A stretch of DNA of 64,000 nucleotides from Veleropilina oligotropha (lineage: Eukaryota), in contig JBEUKZ010000085.1 in the NCBI GenBank assembly GCA_048128005.1, positions 62,001 through 126,000 on the forward strand, given 5' to 3'. Positions within the stretch are counted from its first letter, which is position 1, and each line of letters begins with the position of its first letter. This document shows, piece after piece, positions 35,865 through 43,980 of the stretch. The notes under the pieces were generated by a model. It was not told the DNA's origin. It searched no databases and saw nothing but the letters and a program-made list of their open reading frames with translations. A program made the position numbers and the translations under genes.

Positions 35865-38287
35865 GATGTTGGTTGCCGTGTGGGGCGCTCAGAAAACAGG
35901 CTGTGGTAGATGGGGGGCAGCTGGTATCCCTGGTCACGGTTCATGGTGGGTTTGCGTTCGCGGATGTATATGGCCTCCTTAACTTTTCGTTTGGTCCAGT
36001 CAGGCTCGCGGGTGAGGATGGAGGTGTTGAGGAGTGACACCGAGTGGCCAGTAGCTTGGCAGTGGTCCCCAACCCCTGTGGGATTGTCCAGGTTAGTGTG
36101 TTCTTTGAACCTGGTGGCCAGAGTGCGTTTTGTTTCCCCTATATAGGAGTGATCCGGGGACTGGTCACACTGGATTTGGTAGATGACCCCACATTTCTTC
36201 TCATCCGGAGTACGGTCTTTTGGATGCACCAGAATTGATCGTAGTTTGTTGGTGGGTTGGTGGTAGATGTTGATACCATGCGATTTGTAGATTCTGGCCA
36301 GTTTCTCGGACAGGCCCCGGACATACGGTATGCCAATCAATGGCGGACGGGATCTGTTAGTCGATGTAGTGGACTCCGGCGTGGCCCGGGGCGCGGGTTT
36401 GGGCACTGTCATGGCCCATTCTGCGTAACCGTTGGCACGGAGAGCCTGTCTGATGTGCTGTCGTTCTTGATGTTTGTCAGGTAGTTTGGTGACATATTTG
36501 TCCGCTCTGTTGAACAATGTGCGGACCACCGATCGTTTATGTTCCAGCGGGTGGTGAGACTGGAAATTGAGATACTGGTCCGTGTGGGTGGGCTTACGGT
36601 ACACAGTAATCTTGGTGGCCCCATCGTCGAGTACATGTATGCAGAGATCCAAGAAGGGTAGTTTGTTGTTGATCTCTGGCTCGATGGTAAAGCGGATGTT
36701 TGGATCAATGCTGTTGATGTGCTCGGAGAAGGCTTCTACATCATATTCGTGGATTTTGACGAAGGTGTCATCTACATATCGGAGCCATAGAGATGGCTTG
36801 ACTGGTGCTGTAGACAGAGCTATGTCCTCGAAGTTTTCCATGTATAGGTTACAGACTATGGGCGACACCGGTGAGCCCATAGCAGCTCCATGTGTTTGCT
36901 GATAAAAGGCACCGTCGAACACGAAGTATGTGGTAGTGAGGCACAACTGAAGTAAGTCCACTATCTGTGTGACATCCAGCGGGCACCGGGAGGGCAGCGA
37001 GGCATCCTCGAGGAGTTTGTCCCTGATGATGATGAGTGCTTCGTCCACGGGGACACTGGTGAACAGGGCCGAGACATCGTAGGAGACGAGTTTTTGGCCT
37101 GGGGGGACGACTAGGTCGTGGAGACGGTCCACCAAATCCTGGCTGTTTTTTACGCTGTGCTCGGTCTGGCCTTCAAGCGGACTAAGGATGTCGGCGATGT
37201 ATCGTGCCGCGTTGTACATGATGCTGCCGCAGCTTGACACGATTGGTCTGAGTGGGGCATCAGGTTTGTGTATTTTTGGGGTGCCGTACAGTTTCGGAGG
37301 TTCATCAGCTGGAGGGTAAAGTCTCCAGTAAAGTTGCTGCGAGATGTTGTTGGCTTTTTTCCAGGATTGGAGCAACTTGATGAGTTTTGCCTTGTACTTG
37401 GCAGTGGGGTCGCTTTTTAGCTGGCGGTACGTGTTCTTGTCTGCCAGGAGACCAGATATCTTTTCCTTGTATGTGGATGAGGGAACGATAACAGTGGCTC
37501 GGCCCTTATCTGCTGGGAGGACCATGATGGTGTCATCTTTCTTGAGATCTTGAAGCGCCTCACGTTCAGCCTTGGTGATATTGGGCTTAGGTAGGGGGGC
37601 AGACTTAATTGCCTTTACCACCTCACAACGCAGGGAGTCGGCATCAGTGGGTGTGAGATGTTTGGTTGCTGCTTCAGTCTGAGCGACGATCTCTGCGATG
37701 GGGAGTTTGGTGGGGGTGATGGCGAAGTTAAGGCCTTTGCTGAGCACCGACAGTTCTGCATCAGTGAGGGGGCGGTCACTAGTGTTAACAACCCACCTAT
37801 CATTGTTGATAGCGTCATGTTCAGCTGCTGTATTGCGATGTTGTTGTCCTAGCAGTTTGTCAAATTTCTTGACTTGTATTGTTTTGGTTTGTGCGGAAGT
37901 GTGCGAGTGCGCAGCTGCGAGGAGCTTATCAACTTCCGTCTTCTCGGCCAGAGACAAGATGGCGAACAATTGTTGTTTACCGTTGTCACGTGTCTCCGTC
38001 AGTTTTTTTATCGTGTATTCGCAATGGTGTATGCGCACATTTAAGAGCTGTCTTTCTGCTTTGAAGATAATCTTCTCTGCCTTGGATCCGATGACGTTGG
38101 ATGACAGTTTTAAACTAGGTGGAATCAGTTTACTTTTTGCGCAGCGAATGTTGAAAGTTTGGTGGTTTTTCCAGCGGGCAAGTTTTCGAACCGTGCCTTC
38201 CAGTTTTCTGAGCAATTTGACGACTTCTCGTCCGTGTTGACGAATAACAGTTGAGAAGATGTTGTTATTGGTTCCAAGAAATGTCAT
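35843..38287 (-). CDS. Penelope RT plus GIY-YIG endonuclease, 814 aa, intact
   Basis: DKG, YGTPKIHK, SYDVSALFT, GAAMGSP and YVDD RT motifs; C-terminal GVIYQIQC...YIGETKR. Confidence 0.95.
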   Translation of the reverse strand: MTFLGTNNNIFSTVIRQHGREVVKLLRKLEGTVRKLARWKNHQTFNIRCAKSKLIPPSLKLSSNVIGSKAEKIIFKAERQLLNVRIHHCEYTIKKLTETRDNGKQQLFAILSLAEKTEVDKLLAAAHSHTSAQTKTIQVKKFDKLLGQQHRNTAAEHDAINNDRWVVNTSDRPLTDAELSVLSKGLNFAITPTKLPIAEIVAQTEAATKHLTPTDADSLRCEVVKAIKSAPLPKPNITKAEREALQDLKKDDTIMVLPADKGRATVIVPSSTYKEKISGLLADKNTYRQLKSDPTAKYKAKLIKLLQSWKKANNISQQLYWRLYPPADEPPKLYGTPKIHKPDAPLRPIVSSCGSIMYNAARYIADILSPLEGQTEHSVKNSQDLVDRLHDLVVPPGQKLVSYDVSALFTSVPVDEALIIIRDKLLEDASLPSRCPLDVTQIVDLLQLCLTTTYFVFDGAFYQQTHGAAMGSPVSPIVCNLYMENFEDIALSTAPVKPSLWLRYVDDTFVKIHEYDVEAFSEHINSIDPNIRFTIEPEINNKLPFLDLCIHVLDDGATKITVYRKPTHTDQYLNFQSHHPLEHKRSVVRTLFNRADKYVTKLPDKHQERQHIRQALRANGYAEWAMTVPKPAPRATPESTTSTNRSRPPLIGIPYVRGLSEKLARIYKSHGINIYHQPTNKLRSILVHPKDRTPDEKKCGVIYQIQCDQSPDHSYIGETKRTLATRFKEHTNLDNPTGVGDHCQATGHSVSLLNTSILTREPDWTKRKVKEAIYIRERKPTMNRDQGYQLPPIYHSLFSERPTRQPTSLRDQDC

Positions 38288-38329
38288 GATAAAAATGTTT
38301 TACTCACTTTGGAACAGAAGTTTGAAACG

Positions 38330-38374
38330 ATTACGACGTTTCGACCGCTCAGCTAGCAGTCTTGGTCACGTAAT
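38330..38374 (-). ncRNA. Hammerhead ribozyme copy in the 5' pLTR
   Basis: Identical to 35820-35864. Confidence 0.75.
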
Positions 38375-38448
38375 GATGTTGGTTGCCGTGTGGGGCGCTC
38401 AGAAAACAGGCGCCTGTTTTCTGAGCGCCCCACACGGCAACCAACATC

Positions 38449-38493
38449 ATTACGTGACCAAGACTGCTAGCTGAGCGGTCGAAACGTCGTAAT
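38449..38493 (+). ncRNA. Hammerhead ribozyme copy in the inverted pLTR
   Basis: Same motif on the plus strand. Confidence 0.72.
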
Positions 38494-40995
38494 CGTTTCA
38501 AACTTCTGTTCCAAAGTGAGTAAAACATTTTTATCATGACATTTCTTGGAACCAATAACAACATCTTCTCAACTATATATTTGGTAGTTGTGACTATTTA
38601 CTACGACAACTCTTAAAAATTGCCCTGATCTGAAGATCAAAGATCAGACGATATACCGCAAAAAACCCCGAGCTGGGAACACCGAGGCCGGGTATTTACC
38701 CGACACGACCCGGTAAAAAACCAGGCAAATTGACTAGAACAAACGGGGGTTCTCTCTTAGAAAAAACCGCCCAGAAAAACACCTGAAAACCTCGTGGATG
38801 TTTTTATGTTAGTACAATTGTGTATTATCCCAGAAACGGCAGGATAACAGAAAACGCAAGCGTGATATCTAAACGATCCTGCCGATTAACGACGCTAGAA
38901 ATTTTATACAATAATAACCAGCAATAGCGTCGTTAAGGAATTATCCAATACAATGAGTTACCTGTTTGCAGTCTCAAACAATATCAGATAATAATACCGA
39001 CCAGAAACTTCTTCTTAATTACGAATTTTCCCCTCTAGGCGGCCATGCTTTTCCCTGCAACAGCGGCGATGTCGGTTTCAGGTGATTTTCAGAACTTCGA
39101 ATCTTCAAATCAACGAGATCAACACTATTCACATGTGTTTATAATATCCACAACACAGGGTTATAATCCTTCACAACTTATGATAAAGTTGTCGATAATA
39201 GCCCTCGATCTTAACGCATTAGCGTCTTAAAAATCGAAGACAAAGTCGAAAGATTTGCGGAGCAAAAAAACACGTCTTTCCGTTTTCGCGGAAAACTTTG
39301 AATTGAGGTCTTGTGACTTCGATGGTTCGGAAGTCTCGCGAGACTTGGCGAGATCTCGCTGGGGGAACTTAGGAGAGCGGGAGCAGGGGAGGTGATCGTG
39401 GTACGTTTTGACTTATAAAGAGTGCATAATGTGACTTATTCACTGTTTCCGGTTAGCGATAATATTACTATTATGGCAAGAGTAAGGACGTAAGTAAGTT
39501 TGTAACTACATATGACTATTATGGCAAGAGTAAGGACGTAAGTAAGTTTGTAACTACATATTAATAGTAGTATTAAAATATTGCCCATGCAGTTAGTCAG
39601 TGGATGTATAATAGTATGACCGTGTTATGAATACTGGCTGGATATTTTAGACAAAAGCCATCTGATCGGAAGGAGACATTAAACCTGGAGTCTAGGCTGA
39701 AATATTGCTAAAAGCGGTCGTAAAAATATTCCCAGCAGGTTGAGAGGAGTAGTCCGGACAAGTTAATATGAGGTTTTAATGTAAACCTAATATTAGTATA
39801 AAACATACTTACGTCCTTACTCTTGCCATAATAGTATATTATCGCCCAAACCGGAAATGGTGAATATGTCCCATAATGCACCGTTATAAGCCAAAAAAGC
39901 ACACGGTTACCTCCCCTGCTCCTACCCCCCACGTTCCCTAGCGAGACTTCGCCAAGTCTCGTGAGACTTCTGAACAATAGAAGTCACATGACATCAATTC
40001 AAAGTTCAAAAACCACAAAGGAACGTAGTAGAGGGGAGGAATGCGAAACGCAGGGTGGGTAATCGTGTAAGGACGTAAGTATGTTTTATACTAATATTAG
40101 GTTTACATTAAAACCTCATATATAGTTACAAACATACTTACGTCCTTACTCTTGCCAGAATAACCTTGGATAGGTGGGTAAGACGTTCCTTACAACAAAC
40201 CCAAACAAGATAATGACTTACTTTTCACCAATTCGATCAGCATGAAGCGTCGAGTGTGTCCGCCTAGAGTGGAATTTTTACTGAGTATTATATTCTACTC
40301 TTACCAGGCGAGAATTTCGACCAGTGTTACCGGGAGGATACGCCGTGGTGTTAGTCGGACGAGGTGAACGGAAGTGCAATCAGCCCCTGGCACGGCCGGA
40401 AGGATAAATCCCTGTAGGTCTTACGTGTCATGGACCAGTGGCAGCCAAATGGGACTCCGGGCCTATAGGCCGGTAGCCAGAGGATGCAGTCGGATTTGTA
40501 AGCACACGGAACCTAACAGGTTGTGAAAGCTTTAAAATCAAAAGCAAAGAATTAATAGATTATATAATAATCGATATTAATAAGTAGTTCGCATGACCAA
40601 CTTGCGAACGCTAACATGGACGACATGTCACTTAAAATAAATTTTAAGGAAGCAAAAATGTTCGACATGTTACTTAAAAATAAATGTTAAGGAATCAACA
40701 TTTTAAATGTATTGAACATCGTATGTTCGATTACAGCAAAGAACATAATAATATTGAACCCTAATCTTTTTAAGATTTGTGCAAAATTATCAAAGTTGTT
40801 TTATTAAATTCAATGTGATCTGGCTTATGTCAACACTCAGTCTGACATGAGAAGTACAAAATCTTAAATTAGATTTAAGAAATGAACAGACATTGAACTG
40901 CCCCATAGGTGTTAATTACATAGCACCGTTTGGCCAACGAAAATAAAATGGCGTCAGTAAATATGCAAATGATCAATCAGAGAACAATAGGCTAC

Positions 40996-43953
40996 TTACT
41001 GATTAGAAGACCTCGGTCTAACAATAACCCGTTGAGCAGCAACACAGTGCAAACTGCTTAGGCCATCAGCCCCGGTTGAGTAGTCGCGCAGATAATGTTT
41101 GACAAACACGTTAGCGTTTTTCCAATATCCGGCCTGTAGTAACGCATTGATATTTAGATTATGGCGGAAGGCTACAGACGCTGCAATGGCCCGGACCTCA
41201 TGTGCGCGGACCGATAAAATAGTTCGGTCGTCGTCATCACAACGGATGTAAACATCTCTCACAGTTTGTGAAATCCACCGCGAAACAGTAGTCCTCGTAA
41301 TGTCGCGGGTGTAGGTGGGCAAATACGAAATGAATAAACGTAATTTTCCCTGTCGCAACTCACGGGTTCTGTCTAGGTAGAATCGAAGCGCCCGGACCGG
41401 GCAATTGAAGCGGTCTGCGTCGCGCCTTCCGACTAGCGTTAGCTTGGGAATAACAACCTCGGGTGCGTCCTCGTTCGGCCGCTGGTTCTTGGCTAAGAAG
41501 CCCAGAATGGGACGCAATATCACCGACCCGTCTGACTGGAATCGTATGTCTCTTAGCTCGGAGGAGAAAGCATGAATCTCGGAACAACGCCTGCCCGACG
41601 CTAAGGCGATCAGAAAAACTGTTTTGTGCGTCAAGTTCCTCATGGTTATCTCGGACATCGGCTCATACGGTGGTAAGAGTAATGCGTTAAGAATAAGTAC
41701 GATATTCCAAGCAGGTGGCTTAATTCTTCGGGTCGGTATCTCGAGTTCATAAGATCGTATAAAATCTGATATCGTTCGGTCGCTTGATAGGCCAGCATGG
41801 GCACGACACTGCTTTAGCGTGGTCGCGATCGTTGCCCGATAACCTTTGACGGCGGACACTGACATACCGCGGTCGAAGAGCGACGATAAAAACTCGATAA
41901 ACTTGTTCACAGGGGGACGGAGTATATTGATCTGCCTGCTGTGACACCAATCCACGTACTTAACCCATCGGTAGTCATAGACTTTTGTAGTGGAAATCCT
42001 TCTCGATCGATAGATACGTAAGGCTGTAGCTTTAGAAAATCCTTTCTTAGCAAGGGATCGTTCGATAACCGCCAGGCGTGTAAACGTAAGTGGTTCGGCG
42101 ACTCGTGGAGTACACGGGTGCGTGGTTGCATTAACAGGTCTAGTTTCTGCGGTAACGCTAACGGTCGATCGACGATCAGATCGAGGAGGGTCGGAAACCA
42201 AGGTTGCGTGCGATAAAGGGGCGCTATTAGCGTTATCTCGCAACGTTCGGTCGCTGCCTTCTGTAATACCAGTGATAGAATGCACGTCGGGGGGAAGGCA
42301 TACGCGGACAGATTCTCCCATGTCATTGACATTGCGTCGACCGCCAGGGCGGCCGGGTCTGGGTACGGGGAGACATACAGAGGTAGTCGGTAATTGAATT
42401 CTGTTGCAAACAAGTCGACTTGGGGTTGCGACCACCGGCGGCAAACATCCCGAGCTACTCGGCTGTGTAGCGTCCACTCTGTGTGTATTATCTGTGATCT
42501 CCGAGAGAGCGAATCCGCTCTGACATTCAGCTTTCCCGGGATGTGTCGGGCTCGAATCGTCGAGTTGAGGGACATCACTAAGCGGTGTAGGTCTATTGCT
42601 CGGTCGCATAGGGGACGCGAGCGTGTACCGCCCTGGTGCTGTATGTAAGCGACGACAGTCGTGTTGTCCGTGGCGAGCATTATATGCTTGTTGCGGAGAT
42701 GTGACGAGAGGGACCGTACTGACAGGAAGACGGCTTCTAACTCTAGGAAGTTGATATGTCGTCCCTGAAGGTCTGTCGGCCATAGGCCTGATGTCTCGTA
42801 ACTGTCGAGGTGACCACCCCAGCCGTCGTTCGAAGCGTCTGTGAACAGGTAAGCGTTCGGCTCTGGTGGGGATATAGGAACCGACTGGTCCGGCAAAGCG
42901 GGGTTCAACCACACTGCTGTCGTGTCGGTAAACCAATGCCGTAGATCGATGCGATCCTTCCACTGCCCCGTCCGTTGTATCCAGCGATCCCTGAAAGCCT
43001 GTTGTAACGGTCTTTTGTCCATGCGACCCGTCGGTAGCAGGGGCGCTACCGACTCGATGTGCCCCAGGACAGTGGCCAGTTGTCGCGCCGTAGTTATGTC
43101 CGATGACAGGGTGTCTTGGATAACCGCGCGTAGGTTCCGCATACGCTTCTGGGTCGGCTTCGCGGTGTACCGGACCGTATCGAAGTCGACTCCGAGGAAC
43201 GTAAACGTCGTCGAGGGCACGAAGCAGGATTTTGTCTCGTTGATCTGAAATCCCAGGCGCTTCGTCGATGACAGGGTAAAGCTCGTAGACCGGAGGCACA
43301 GATCTCGGGACGCCCCGAGGATCAGCCAGTCGTCGAGGTACATATGTACCCTGTGCCCTAGAGAGTGTAGGAAGGCCCCCAGGGCCTGTACTGTTCTCGT
43401 GAAGACGTACGGGGCTGACGATAGACCGAACGGTAGGCACCTGAATTGGTAGATCGTCTCCCCGTGTATAAACCGAAGGTACTGATGAGCCGTGATATGC
43501 ATCGGGACATGCAGATACGCGTCGGCGAGATCGATAGACGCTGCCCAGTCGCCCGGACGGATGGCCGCTCGAATCTTCGAGAGGGTTTCTTGCTGGAATT
43601 TCTCGGTACGAAGATATAGGTTTAGGTACGAGAGATCGAGGATCGGTCTCCAGCGGCCATCGGGTTTCGGGACCAGGAAGAAATGGCTGTAAAATCCTGG
43701 TGTGCTGGGCGGCGCGGGATATATCGCTCTTTTTAGGAGCAAATCCCGCACTGCCTGGTCTAAGACCGCTTGTTTTTCTCCGTTTAGGAGGCGAGCGTGT
43801 CTTGTTGGTGGTGCCTCGGTTAGGGTCGGATGCCGGTTGAATGCCAACTTGTATCCGGCACTCACGACTAAGTGGACCCAGTTGCTGTCTGTCAGCTCTA
43901 GCCAGGGCTGGCTGTGTGCTAACAGGCACGCTCCCACCGGCGGGAGCGGGCAA
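40996..43953 (-). CDS. DIRS copy 3 tyrosine recombinase frame (985 aa; YR domain C-terminal)
   Basis: SGRRCSEI / HEVR / GYW / KHY; the frame stays open across the whole of pol; true start uncertain. Confidence 0.9.
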   Translation of the reverse strand: MPAPAGGSVPVSTQPALARADRQQLGPLSRECRIQVGIQPASDPNRGTTNKTRSPPKRRKTSGLRPGSAGFAPKKSDISRAAQHTRILQPFLPGPETRWPLETDPRSLVPKPISSYREIPARNPLEDSSGHPSGRLGSVYRSRRRVSACPDAYHGSSVPSVYTRGDDLPIQVPTVRSIVSPVRLHENSTGPGGLPTLSRAQGTYVPRRLADPRGVPRSVPPVYELYPVIDEAPGISDQRDKILLRALDDVYVPRSRLRYGPVHREADPEAYAEPTRGYPRHPVIGHNYGATTGHCPGAHRVGSAPATDGSHGQKTVTTGFQGSLDTTDGAVEGSHRSTALVYRHDSSVVEPRFAGPVGSYIPTRAERLPVHRRFERRLGWSPRQLRDIRPMADRPSGTTYQLPRVRSRLPVSTVPLVTSPQQAYNARHGQHDCRRLHTAPGRYTLASPMRPSNRPTPLSDVPQLDDSSPTHPGKAECQSGFALSEITDNTHRVDATQPSSSGCLPPVVATPSRLVCNRIQLPTTSVCLPVPRPGRPGGRRNVNDMGESVRVCLPPDVHSITGITEGSDRTLRDNANSAPLSHATLVSDPPRSDRRSTVSVTAETRPVNATTHPCTPRVAEPLTFTRLAVIERSLAKKGFSKATALRIYRSRRISTTKVYDYRWVKYVDWCHSRQINILRPPVNKFIEFLSSLFDRGMSVSAVKGYRATIATTLKQCRAHAGLSSDRTISDFIRSYELEIPTRRIKPPAWNIVLILNALLLPPYEPMSEITMRNLTHKTVFLIALASGRRCSEIHAFSSELRDIRFQSDGSVILRPILGFLAKNQRPNEDAPEVVIPKLTLVGRRDADRFNCPVRALRFYLDRTRELRQGKLRLFISYLPTYTRDITRTTVSRWISQTVRDVYIRCDDDDRTILSVRAHEVRAIAASVAFRHNLNINALLQAGYWKNANVFVKHYLRDYSTGADGLSSLHCVAAQRVIVRPRSSNQ
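41907..43937 (-). CDS. DIRS copy 3 pol: RT, RNase H and Dam-like adenine methyltransferase domain
   Basis: RPILDL, DLADAY, LPFG, YLDD; TDAS, ELEA, TDN, ADSLSR; DLFA, AFPP. No 5' AUG. Confidence 0.93.
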   Translation of the reverse strand: MGACLLAHSQPWLELTDSNWVHLVVSAGYKLAFNRHPTLTEAPPTRHARLLNGEKQAVLDQAVRDLLLKRAIYPAPPSTPGFYSHFFLVPKPDGRWRPILDLSYLNLYLRTEKFQQETLSKIRAAIRPGDWAASIDLADAYLHVPMHITAHQYLRFIHGETIYQFRCLPFGLSSAPYVFTRTVQALGAFLHSLGHRVHMYLDDWLILGASRDLCLRSTSFTLSSTKRLGFQINETKSCFVPSTTFTFLGVDFDTVRYTAKPTQKRMRNLRAVIQDTLSSDITTARQLATVLGHIESVAPLLPTGRMDKRPLQQAFRDRWIQRTGQWKDRIDLRHWFTDTTAVWLNPALPDQSVPISPPEPNAYLFTDASNDGWGGHLDSYETSGLWPTDLQGRHINFLELEAVFLSVRSLSSHLRNKHIMLATDNTTVVAYIQHQGGTRSRPLCDRAIDLHRLVMSLNSTIRARHIPGKLNVRADSLSRRSQIIHTEWTLHSRVARDVCRRWSQPQVDLFATEFNYRLPLYVSPYPDPAALAVDAMSMTWENLSAYAFPPTCILSLVLQKAATERCEITLIAPLYRTQPWFPTLLDLIVDRPLALPQKLDLLMQPRTRVLHESPNHLRLHAWRLSNDPLLRKDFLKLQPYVSIDREGFPLQKSMTTDGLSTWIGVTAGRSIYSVPL

Positions 43954-43980
43954 CTGGGGCCGTCGCGAATGCCGGCAGCC

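Larger units (their letters stand above)
35778..38573 (-). mobile_element. Penelope-like retroelement with direct and inverted pLTRs
   Basis: 3' pLTR 35778-35901 repeated at 38288-38411; inverted copy at 38412-38574; 12-bp TSD tatatatttggt (35766-35777, 38574-38585). Confidence 0.93.
29349..39511 (-). mobile_element. DIRS copy 2, nested in the ITR of copy 1; many indels; contains a Penelope insertion
   Basis: Has its own matching ITR pair and ICR (29647-29736); fragmented gag/pol/YR; ATATGA at both junctions. Confidence 0.92.
22115..39559 (-). mobile_element. DIRS-type YR retrotransposon copy 1 (22115-29352 plus 39516-39559, interrupted by copy 2); defective
   Basis: Inverted terminal repeats, ICR at 22415-22504, gag/pol/YR. 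Gag has a stop at 27767 and a deletion near 27085; a 1-nt deletion near 25768 frameshifts pol. Confidence 0.93.

Noticed and set aside
22115..39511. Simple tandem duplication of one DIRS copy
   Set aside because: Each copy has private ITR/ICR variants and the copy 1 terminus resumes after copy 2, indicating nesting.
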